A stretch of DNA of 64,000 nucleotides from Mantamonas sphyraenae STR306 (Eukaryota; Protista; CRuMs): the NCBI GenBank assembly GCA_026936335.1, contig JAPMXV010000034.1, positions 1 to 64,000 of the forward strand, read 5' to 3'. Both the position numbers and the translations under genes were made by a program. Position 1 is the stretch's first letter; every line of letters starts with the position of its first letter. The notes below the pieces were generated by a model. That model ran no database searches. It was not told the DNA's origin and saw nothing but the letters and a program-made list of their open reading frames with translations. Below are positions 9,966 to 20,694 of this stretch, piece after piece.

Positions 9966-11519
9966 ATGTTTCGCACCCAAACCCGCAGTGCCCAAGCTGC
10001 TGCACACGCTGCAGACATTATAGGCCACACCCAACAACAACCATGGTTTTCCCACCTCCGTGAACAGCTGGGTGCCCGCGGACGCGTCCTCCCAGCGCAC
10101 GCCAGTCGCATCCGTTGCCTCCACACCCCCCACGAGTTCCACGCCACCCTCCTCCAGGGCATCGAGCGTGCACAGTCCCGTGTCATCCTCTCGGCCCTCT
10201 ATCTTGGCACATCATCCCAGGAAGCCCAGCTCGTCGACGCTTTGGTCCGCCGAAAAGTTGCCCACCCGGACCTCGAGGTCACTCTCCTTCTTGACTACTT
10301 TCGCGGCCAGCGCCAAGTCCACGGTGAAAACAGTGTCACCATGCTGCGCTCCCTCCATGACCACGGTACGTTGCCAAATCGCCCCGCCCAGCACTCCCCA
10401 GCACTCCCCACGCCCGCCACCAACACCCGCCTTCCTCCAGACGTAAACATCGACCTATTCCACACACCATACCTCACTGGCTTCACAAAATCGCTAGCCC
10501 CAGCCCGCTACAACGAGACTCTGGGCATCCAACACGTCAAGGCCTTTGTCTTTGACGACGACATCCTCCTCTCCGGCGCAAACCTGTCGCAGGACTACTT
10601 TACAAACCGCGCCGACCGCTACATGTACTTTGAGCAGCACGACCACCTTGCCGACTGGTACGCCGAGCTCATACGCCGCGTTGGCGAATGCTCCTTTCGC
10701 GTAGCCACTCGCGCTCACTTCAACCTACACAACGCCTCCACCGACATGGAACACCACCCTCTTGGCTACACTCTCCTTGCCCCACAAGCACTCGACCTCA
10801 ACGACAGTTTGGCTTTCTCAGATCACCTCGCCCAGCGCCTCCACTCCCTTTGCTCTCCACGAGAGTGGGATCGTGCCCGCACTGCACACGCAGACACTGT
10901 AGTCATGCCCACCATTCAGTACGGCCCAGGCCAGCTCCGCCACGACCAAGACATCACGCTCTGGGCTATCCAGCAGGGCATTGCCTCTGGCCAACCGCTA
11001 GCCCTCAGCAGTGCCTACTTCAATCTCACCCCCCAGTACCAAGACGCCCTGCTGCAAACGGACGCCACCACCTCGGTCGATCTTATTACTGCCAGTCCCC
11101 AGGCCAATGGCTTCTGGAACGCCCGTGGCCCTCCAGGTGGCCTCCCCTTTGCATACTCCGACTTTGAAGCCGAGTTTGTCCGCCGCGCCTCTGCACATCC
11201 CTCCACTCGCTCCCGCATCCGAGTCTGGGAGTACAACAAACCTGGTTGGACCTTTCACGTCAAGGGTCTCTGGTCCGGCCCAGCCATCACCATGATCGGC
11301 TCTCCAAACTACGGCCACCGCTCCACACAACGCGACCTCGAGTCCCAGGTTTTCCTCGTCACTCAAGACGCCGATCTGCAGCACAGGATCGAACACGAGC
11401 GTCAAGCCATCTTTGAACATGCCCAAGGCCCAGTCCAACCGACTCTCTTTGACGATCCCTCTCGCAAATCTCCCTGGTGGGTCAAGCTGATTGCCCCTCG
11501 CGTCCGAGAGCTCATGTAG
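9966..11519 (+). CDS. PGS1: CDP-diacylglycerol--glycerol-3-phosphate 3-phosphatidyltransferase (PLD superfamily); 75-nt in-frame intron 10366-10440
   Basis: LSALYLG, LLDYFRG, QHVKAFVFDD..LLSGANLSQDYFTNRADRY, WTFHVKGLW and IGSPNYGHRS..RDLE motifs. Confidence 0.93.
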   Translation: MFRTQTRSAQAAAHAADIIGHTQQQPWFSHLREQLGARGRVLPAHASRIRCLHTPHEFHATLLQGIERAQSRVILSALYLGTSSQEAQLVDALVRRKVAHPDLEVTLLLDYFRGQRQVHGENSVTMLRSLHDHGTLPNRPAQHSPALPTPATNTRLPPDVNIDLFHTPYLTGFTKSLAPARYNETLGIQHVKAFVFDDDILLSGANLSQDYFTNRADRYMYFEQHDHLADWYAELIRRVGECSFRVATRAHFNLHNASTDMEHHPLGYTLLAPQALDLNDSLAFSDHLAQRLHSLCSPREWDRARTAHADTVVMPTIQYGPGQLRHDQDITLWAIQQGIASGQPLALSSAYFNLTPQYQDALLQTDATTSVDLITASPQANGFWNARGPPGGLPFAYSDFEAEFVRRASAHPSTRSRIRVWEYNKPGWTFHVKGLWSGPAITMIGSPNYGHRSTQRDLESQVFLVTQDADLQHRIEHERQAIFEHAQGPVQPTLFDDPSRKSPWWVKLIAPRVRELM

Positions 11520-11640
11520 CAATGTACACGTGTATGTGTGTGTGCGTGTGCGCCACGGTCTCCGAAACCGAATCAATCACTCCGCCCCACCACCACGACC
11601 CCCCACAACTCCCCACCTCCCCCAACCAAACTCTTCCATC

Positions 11641-13950
11641 ATGGGCAACTTGTTGGACACCTGCAGAGGTGGCGGCGAGGACCAGACTTCCACCACCGGC
11701 ACCCGCGTTGAGAACGGCGTCAAGACGAGCATCAATCGCCAGACAAAGTACAAGGATTTGTCCGCGCTCGAAGACGTACGTTGTCTTCCCGGAGGCCCCC
11801 GCTCCCTTCCCTGCCCTCTCCCGCATCGTCTCCCTATCCCGCACATCCAATCACGCACACCCGTCTCTAGCTCCCTCTCCTTCGCGTACCTGCCTCGTAC
11901 CCCGCGCTGACCCCGCCCCGCAACCAATCGGCAACCTTGTCTGCCTCGCAGCATCTCCTTGAGCAAAACCTGGCCACCACCTTTGCTCTCTGCGAAAAGG
12001 TCCAGATTTCGGATGCAGATATCGTACGTCCCGTCCCGTTTTCATCCTGTCCCCTTGGCCCCTACCGTCCCCCGCTCCTTCCGTTCCCCTGCGTATCCGC
12101 GTCAAACACGCAGAGGTTGCCCGCTGCCTCCAAAAAGCATGCTCGTCGCTCACACCCACCCCCTCGTTTCTTTGCTCTACCGCTTGTCTCCCCCTCACCT
12201 ACCCAAACAGGTTGCCAAGGGTCTCATCCACGTGTTCGAGTTTCATGGTGACTCCATTCGCCTCATCAAGCTCGCCATCTCCCACGAAGTCCGCAAAGCA
12301 AGTACGTTTGCCGCCCTTGCCACTTTTCCCATCTTCGGCCGACCTCTTCCCCGCCCACTCCAGCCCCGCCTGCCATTGTCCATCTCCTTCTCTCCCTCTC
12401 CGCCCCCCTTTTGCCTTGTGTACTCACCCTCACCTGCGTCCATCCTCATCCTTCCCGCCCTTGCCCGCTCCCACGCGCTTCAATTTGACTCCCCCCAAAC
12501 ACGCCCTCAGTGTCCCTCGGCACTCTCTTCCGCAACAACAGCGTCGCCACCAAAATCATGAAGCAATACTCCAAGATCGTCGGCGCAAACTACTTGCGCA
12601 AGACCCTGCGTCCAGTGCTCCTCGATGTGTGCCAGGAGGCCGAGCAGGGCGTCTTTGAGGTTCGTCCTGCCCGCTGGGAGGGGATTTTTCGCTCCATGCT
12701 CTCCGCACCCTTCCCGCTCCCACCTCACCTCGCTCTCCATACCCCAATCCCCGGTCCCCTCTCGACCCTTACCCACCTCTGCATACTCCCTTCCCTTCCT
12801 CTCCCGCCTCCCTCGTGCCACGCTCTCCCGTTTTCGTGTGCGCTCACGCTCGGCGCTCCTTTCACGTCCCAGATTGACCCCAAGAAACTCGTGGACGGCG
12901 ACGAGGAAGTCGAGGTCGACACGTCCGAGAACCTTGCTCGTCTCCTCAAATACTGCGACCACGTCTTCCAGGCCATCATCAATTCCGTCGACGACTGCCC
13001 CATGTATGTGTCTGCGTACCCTTCAGACCTCTTTATCCTTCCGGTCGTTTTCCAGCTCCGCTCACACCACCCTTCCCGCCCATCTCACCCTCATCCCCAC
13101 AGTCAATTCCGCACCATTTGCCAGCACCTGCAAAAGGAGGAGTTTGAGCGCTTCCAGCAGCAGGAGGGCCCCGGCAAGAGTGTCGGTGGCTTCATGTTCC
13201 TCCGCTACTTCTGCCCTGCCGTCACCGCCCCGTTCGGCTTTGGTGTCCTCGAGAGTACGTCACGCCCATGCCCTTGATCTTCCCCTCCCACTCCCCCTCA
13301 CACCCAACCAACCACCCATCCCAGTCACCGAGGCAAACAAGAACGCCAAGCGCGGTATGATTCTCATCGCCAAGATCCTGCAGAACCTTGCCAACGGCGT
13401 GGAGTTTGGCCAAAAGGAGCCCTACATGACGCCATGCAACGAGTTTGTCGTCAACAACAAGGACAACTACAGGGCATTCCTTGAGCAACTCACCACCATC
13501 CCCGACTCCCAGTCCACCGGCGCCACCCAGCAGGCCATCATCAGCGAGGAGGCAAAGGACGAGCAGATGCAAGTCCTCGCACGCCAGATCATCTTGACCA
13601 AGGACAAGATGAAGGAACTCGAGTACATGAACACAGTCGCCACAGGCGACAACGAGGGAGGTATGCTCTTCAAGATGCGCGCCAAGCACGACTTTGCCGC
13701 AGAGGGCGACACCGAACTCGACCTTAAGAAGGGCGACGTCATCATTGTCGTCGAGGGCAACGAGGACGACGAATGGATCTGCGGTGAAAGTGGCGGCCGC
13801 ATCGGCTGGTTCCCGGGCTCATACGTCGAAAAGATGAGCGCCGCCGCATCAAAGTCCAACGAAGCGCCCATGGTCCGCCTTGAGCAGATTCTTGAAGACC
13901 TTGAGGAGGCCGACGACGACTCTTCCGCCGCCGCTGCCGCAAAGGCGTGA
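11641..13950 (+). CDS. RasGAP-domain + SH3-domain protein; exons 11641-11775, 11952-12023, 12211-12301, 12511-12659, 12873-13002, 13102-13254, 13325-13950
   Basis: TLFRNNSVATKIM, GGFMFLRYFCPAV and LIAKILQNLAN (RasGAP); AKHDF...ELDLKKGDVI...W..G...GWFPGSYV (SH3); N-terminus MGNLLDTC (possible acylation). Confidence 0.9.
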
Positions 13951-13981
13951 CCCTGCTCTGACTTGTTCACCTGCCTGCGAG

Positions 13982-13982
<1 letters not shown>

Positions 13983-14011
<29 letters not shown>
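13983..14011 (+). repeat. (CA)n microsatellite; others at 20572-20602, 29495-29538 and 29812-29840
   Basis: Seen directly; located in spacers and introns. Confidence 0.9.
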
Positions 14012-14018
<7 letters not shown>

Positions 14019-14039
14019 AGCACAAACACGCAAACATTC

Positions 14040-17010
14040 ATGCGTCCAAGCACATCGAAACACGATCACGTACAGCCAACAAGGGCTGGCTTCCCACCAG
14101 GCGAACAGTGCAAACCAAGCATGAGCACCAGCAGCCAGCAGCCGCGCAGTAGCACCTGCCTGCCCATTCCCCAAATGAACAACAGCAACCATCCTCCCCC
14201 TCCCCCCACTCTCTCCCGCCCACTCGCCAACCCAAACCCGCAATTGTCAGCACACACCTCTCCGGCGCCACAGTCTCGCACCATCCAAGCTTCCAATGTC
14301 CTTCCAACCGAAAGAGGGTGCCATTGGCTTGCCACAGATGTCAGGCTCTGTACGCGCCACCTCAGCAGGCAGCCCTGCTGCTGATGCCGTGACTCCAGCC
14401 AGGCGCAAGCCCAGCGTTGTGAACCAGAGGGTCTGGGACAAAGTCATGAACATCAACAACACCTCTGTTCCTGACGATACGCCATCTCAACAGCCAGTCA
14501 CCACCGAGTCCACATATCGCCTCCCTGATGGTCGCACCGCAGCCGAGTACGTTTACCCATCCTCCTTTCAAACTCCTCCCTCCCACACACACCACCAGGC
14601 CCCTTCCCCGCCGCCGGCAATCACTCTAACGGTACAACACGCCCGTCCGATCCCCTCCCACCTGCTTCCACTCTGCATTCCACAGAGGCTTTCGCATGGA
14701 CCACAACAAACTGTGGATCGACTTTATCGACCCGGCCACAGGCAGGCGCTTCTATCTCAACAGGCTCACACGCGAGGTCAGTCCCACCCACTGTGCCGCA
14801 CCCTCCCCTGCCGTACACCTCCCTTTCCCTTCCCTCCGTACCGTGCCTCCAGCTGCGTGGAGGCCTCCTCCACACGACGCACGCCCGCGTTTTGACGTTG
14901 ACACACACGAGAATCCTGCTTCACGCTCCGCGCCGCAACACACACCACACAGGTCTCCTACGACGAGCCCGCCCAGAACACCACCCTGGAGGACACATCC
15001 AACCATGCGCGCGAGCAGTACTTCCTAGAGAAGAATATCCTCCCGGCTGCAGAGGTATGTTCACCCCCGCTACGACCCTCCATTCCGCGCCACAATCCCT
15101 GACGACCGTTCCAAATTTGTCTTTTCGCCCTCCCGACTCACTTTTTGCCCACCCCACAAATTCCTTTTCCATAGCATGGCATCATCGACAATCCTGATGA
15201 CATCAGCAGCGACCAGCGCCAGATCCTGTACGTGCCTCTGCACCTTGAGGGTGCTTGCCGGCCAACTTTGCCTTCACTTTTGCCAAACCCATCCCCGCCC
15301 ACCCCACTTGTATCCTCCAAACCCTGTCGTGCGACACCATACCACCATGCACCCTCGTACAGGCCCCTTCTTCTGACTCCCTGTCACGTCCCATGACCCC
15401 ACAGCGACCGAGTGGTGCGCATCATGAAGAGCACAACCTTGAACGATACCACCCAGAACGTCCTCGAATTTGAGCGCATCGTGCAGCGCAAGGACGACCG
15501 CATGCTCGTTGTTGGCCTCCTCGGCATCGTTCTCACCGTCATCGAGCTCTTTGTCGTCTGGGATCCGGTCACCCGAACTGTCGACGGCAACACCGTCGCC
15601 GCAAACGTCATCAAGAGCCTCATCAGTTTCGACACACTCATCCTCCTTTTCATGCTCGTGGACTACTACCACTTCCAGCTCGAAGTCAAGCAGGTCAAGT
15701 GGAAGCACGTCAGCAAAAACAACATCTTCTCCGAAAGCTCCCTCCGATTCAAGATGCTCCTCGAACTCGTCCTCTGCCTTCTTCACGTCCCTCCCTTTAT
15801 GCCATACATCGACGAAAAGTTCGGACTCGTCATCTTTGTCCGCCTTTACCTGGCCGCACGCTCCATTCGTGACCACTCCATGATCTGGCAGAACCGCAAC
15901 CGAATCCTCTTTGGTCTCGGCCGCTCCATCCATGTCGACAAATTTGGCTGGTACCTTACCCTCAAGACGTTCTTCTTTGAGAACTCCATCAAGTTTGTCA
16001 CCCTCCTCACCGTGTTTGTCTGGGTCATTTCCGTCCTGTTCGGCAACGTCTTTGAACGCGAGGTGCAGGAGGACTGGACCCTGGGCAACACCATGTGGTG
16101 GGGTATCGTCACCATGACCACCCTCGGTTACGGCGACTACCAACCCATCACACTCGGCGGCCGCATGGTCGCCTCTTTCGCCGCCGTCATGGGTCTCATT
16201 CTCTTCTCTCTTTCCATCGCTGTCCTCAACGGCACGCTCACCCTCTCCGACTACCAACGCTACTGCGTCAGCTGGGTCCAGGAGACCAAGCGCAGGGAGA
16301 AGGAGCGAGTCCTCGCCGCACGGTACATCCAGCACATCTGGAGGTACCGCGTCTGGATGCGCCGCTTCTCAACACGCAACCTGCCAGCCAAGTTCCGCGA
16401 CAAGGGAAAGTCGGTCTCTCGTCAGAGTATGTACCTCAACGAGAACGAACTCGAAGACGAGGATGCCAAGTTCCAGAGCGTCCATCTCATGAAGTCACGC
16501 AAGCTGATCAAGGAGCTGCGCAAGTCACGTGGCTACCGCACAGAAGACAAAATCCAGATGCAGAAGAAGATGGCAAACGACCCTTACGTGCAGCGCATGT
16601 CCTCCATCGAGGCTTCCATGCGCACCATGGACGAAAACGTCGAAGCTCGCTTCCGCACTCTCGAGCTTCGCATGGAGGAGCTGCTCGCCCTGATGGTCCT
16701 AGAGCGAACCAACACAGCAAGCACACAACATATGCCAAGCAGCAACCGCACCGCAACCACCACCAACACCCACAGCGGCGCAAACGAATCCACCTCGTCC
16801 GCTCGCTCCTCCTCTTCAGCACTTGCTCGCAAAGGCAGCAAGTCCAACCTTGAGCACGAGCAACCTCCGCAGCAGCAGGAGACACCACAGACCAGGCAGC
16901 AACATGGTGCAGGTGTCGGCACGCAGCGCGACTCAGACAGCGATGACGGCGAAGAAGACTACGAGGAACCTCTCTCCGATGAGGAGGAAGACCCAGCAGT
17001 CAAACAATGA
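14040..17010 (+). CDS. 6TM K+ channel, SK/KCNN-like, with an N-terminal WW-like domain; exons ~14040-14546 (indel ~14315, or start at 14296), 14686-14776, 14953-15054, 15175-15227, 15405-17010
   Basis: Pore WWGIVTMTTLGYGD; S2 IKSLIS; S3 LLELVLCLLHVPP; S4 FVRLYLAAR; IQ-like AARYIQHIWR; WW-like LWIDFIDPATGRRFYLNRLTREVSYDEP; exon phases are consistent. Confidence 0.85.
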
Positions 17011-17041
17011 ACACACACCCATCGTCTCCCATGCTCATGCC

Positions 17042-19074
17042 ATGCTCAGGCAGACCACCCAGCTTGACCAACAATTCACCTGCGTCGCCATGTAAGTCGT
17101 GTCGCAGCAACACGTCCACCGCTCCACATTCACAGTACTCACTTCCACGTGTGCCACAGGAACATGAAGGCATTGACCGCCATGCTGGCGGTAATGAGCG
17201 TGGCGCTGGTGGGCTCGATGTTGTTGCACTACCGCAATCCACAGAGCACGTGCACGTGTGCCAAGTACAAGGATATGATTACACGCATGAGTGCGGTGCA
17301 AAACAGTCTCAGAAGCGAGGTGGCCAAGGCAACCTCCACGGCTGTGAAGATGAAGCGCCACGTGACGGCCTTGGAGACCAAGAACAAGAAGCTGAGTGCA
17401 GGCTGTGGCATCGAGTCCGACACAACACACAAGGATGTAGAGGAGGAACCGCACAGCAACGAAGAATTGCTGAAACTCAAATCTGAGCTGGAAACGTCCC
17501 ACAAGCAGCTGGAGGAGCTGCGCAGCGAGTTGGAGGAGACCAAGCTCGAGCTCACACAGGCCCGGGAAAAGATGACCAAGGACTGCGCCACGACGTCCAT
17601 GGCCACCAGCAGCGTAGATGTTCCCACACAGCTGCAACAACTGACCAACGTCAAGGACATGGACTCCACCTACTTCAAGCAGTTGCAAGACGACGGCCGC
17701 GTCCTGGTCTACGACGAGCTGGAGGATTACATGATCGAGTCACCCTTGGGCACACCCAACGTCCAGGTCGCACCCGTGTTCTCCGAGTACGGCAAGCGTA
17801 CGACTTTCCAGTGGCCCAAGGAAGACCACGTGCGTTTCCTGTTTAAACTGCCGAATGCGTGGGTGTCCCCGTACCAGAGTCTCGTCTTTGACCAGAAATA
17901 CGTGTACCGCATCGGCAACCAGGGAAATTGGCCAGGAGTAAGTGATGGCGCGGCGGAGGGAGAGAAACCGTGTGCACCATGCCCTGCGGAGTGCGTTGTG
18001 CGCTGGCTCCCAAATACCCTGGGTTTCAGGCCCCGTGCAGCCTTTTGCCGCTGTGCGCGTGTGCATGCCATGTGACATGCCTACGACGGGTCAATCCCTT
18101 TGCATGTGTGCCCAAAACACATGCGCGCTGCATGGTGGGGGTTGTGTGTGACACTGCGTGTGTGTTTGTGTGTGTGCGGAAGGACTGACCCGCGGGCTCG
18201 CTCCCAGTACGTGCCCAACCTCGTTGGAGGTGGCAAGCCCTCCATCGACGTTCAGAACTCGCCCAAGTTCCAGAAACTGTTTGTGTTGAGTGCCATGTGG
18301 TGTACCGAGTACTACCACTTCTGGGCTGAGACCATGACTCGCCTGATGATCGGTCTGGACGTCCTCAAGAAGGATCCGTCCATCAAGGTACTGCTGGGCA
18401 TCCCAGAGAAGCAGTACGCGTACAATGCCCTTGAAAGAGCCGGCATTGGCAAGGATCGCATTGTGCTCAACCACGACAATGCGTACATCCACGCAGAAGA
18501 GCTGTACTTTCCGCGCCCGTCGTATTATGGCAACCCGACCAAGGAAGATGCGCACCTGCTGCACAAGCTCTTTGTGCCTGAGCCGGTACCATGGGAGAAG
18601 CGTCGCAAGGTGATTCTGATCATCAGGCCACCCAATAGCGAGCGAGCCTTTGGAAACGAAGCGGAAACCCAACAGTGGGTGGATCTGGTGGACACGTTGG
18701 CCAAGAAGTATCCTCTGCTGGAAGTGGCTCAATTTCGTGGGGGCTTGAGCCTGGATGAAACTGTGGCTCTGTTTTCACACGCCGCGGTGACTGTGGGTGC
18801 TTCCGGTGCCGGCCAGGTGAACAACATGTTTGCCGAACCAAGCAACATTGTGGTGGAAGTCAACACTCCGAGCGTCAAGAATTGGTGTCATTACATCACC
18901 GCCAAGGTGCACCACATGGACTACGCCCAGATCGAGTGCCTGGGAGCACGCACCAACGGACAAGGCGAGTGGGCTCAGTATCCGCTGCCTGGATGCGCCT
19001 CGGCCGAGGAAACGCTGGATCTTGTGATGAAGAAGGCCACTGAGACTTTGAAGGAGCACGGGGTGGCCGCATAA
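17042..19074 (+). CDS. Type II membrane glycosyltransferase, GT61/DUF563-like, with a coiled-coil stem; introns 17092-17159 and 17938-18207; start may instead be 17007
   Basis: TM anchor ALTAMLAVMSVALVGSMLL; heptad region; YYHFWAETMTRL; ETVALFSHAAVTVGASGAGQVNNMF. Confidence 0.8.
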
Positions 19075-19165
19075 GGTGGACGGGGGTGGGAGGGGCGTGA
19101 ATGTCCTTGTCAAGGCGTGTAGTGGAATGAGTTGCATTGCATGTGGTGTGCACGCGCGGGGTTGT

Positions 19166-20571
19166 TCATTCCTCCGAGGTCAACGACTCGATGAGCTCTT
19201 CAAGCGGGGCAAGCTCCTTGGAGTCGACGAGCTTGAACTCTTGGATGAAAAAGATAAAGTGCTTGAAGGAGGTGTTCAGATGGGCCTCCTCGCCCAGAGA
19301 GACGACCTTGGAGAAATGCGAGTGGTAGATGTGGGCGTAGACACGGAAGAGGCGTTTGAAGATGTTCTTCACCACCGTCTTGAAGTTCTTGGGGAAGGGC
19401 ACGCCGATCTTGGAGGGAAAGATCTCCTCGTCGTCCAGCTGGTTCTGCACCCAGGTCATGAGGTAGTCGACGTACTCTGGCGCGCTGACCTTGATTGCCT
19501 TTTTGATAGTTTGTCCATCTGCCCAGTGGTACTCATATCTGCGTCGCGGTTGCCAAGCATGCGCAGGCGGCGGAGGAAAGGCGGTGGGGTCAGTTTTGGA
19601 GGCAGAGGGCGAGCACAGGGCGCGCTCACAAGGACCTACTTGGGACCTGCGCTCATCACGGGACAGTCCTCAGGCGTGCAAAATTCTGTGATGGTGCCAT
19701 ACAGCATGTTGATCTGGTTGAAAAAGTCCACGGCTGTGTGTGCACACGGAAAGCTTGTGTGAGCAAATCGCCGCGCCGGCCGTTCGGTTCCTGGGGCACG
19801 GCACGCCCAGGTCAACGAGGCCACAAAGAAGGGCGAAGGGAGGCACGACGATGGAACCACATGATGTGATTGCACGTGCAGCACGTGTGCGCAGGCAAAT
19901 CATGCGCACTGCGCACCTGCGCCGGTTTTGTGGGGTTGGCCAAATACGCAGCCGGTTTCCCTCTTGACGCAGCGTTTTCCGGCCCGCGTTTGCTCGACCG
20001 CGTGTGCCCTTCCCCGTTCGCAACTACTTACTGTTGACAGCGAGCCACTCGTTGGTGTCCTCGCCCTCGGGCAGCACCACGGCAAGGCGCAGGTTACCGC
20101 TGCCTGTGGACGGGAAAAAGTCGAAAGCGAGCGAGCCCAGAGCGTGATGTGTGAGCAAGTGCTTCTGCTTCTACGGCCACATATAGCCATCGCACACACT
20201 CGTCCAACCTACCCAGGGTGGCCTCGGCGTACTGCTGCAGCTGGTACTGCTTTGTGCCCTCGGGAATGTTCTTCTTGGGCTTGAACGTCTGGTTGCCACG
20301 CTTGCTGTGGAGTCGCACGCACACACACGGAGAACCAAAACCAAACACGCACCCAAACAGAGGGAGAACCACACACACACATTTAAACGCATACACACAC
20401 ACATACACAAACACATACACACGCACACGCACACACACACAACACACGGGAGGCCACAGTCGTGGAGCCGAGTCAGCTTGCAAGCGGATTTCCCTCCGAC
20501 GCACGCTCGGTTGCGGCCAGTCGTCCGCCCGTCATCACGCAACATACAAGAGCTTCGACTGTAAATGGGCA

Positions 20572-20605
<34 letters not shown>

Positions 20606-20672
20606 GTTAGCCAATTTGCCCCATCTCACCCTCTGCTCAAGGAACGCGCCCCAGCACACACACACATACCAT
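19166..20672 (-). CDS. MOB1: MOB kinase activator 1; multi-exon, including an ATG-only coding exon (20672-20670) and an 11-nt exon (20558-20548)
   Basis: [12 protein letters not shown]...[42 protein letters not shown]...CPVMSAGPK...[15 protein letters not shown]. Confidence 0.96.
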
Positions 20673-20694
20673 CGCAGGGTTGGGTTGGGTCCTC

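Noticed and set aside
18102-18125. 8-bp hairpin in a GT61 intron, and palindromes in a MOB1 intron (~19860-19905), as intronic ncRNA
   Set aside because: Short stems in TG/CA-rich sequence with no convincing snoRNA boxes.
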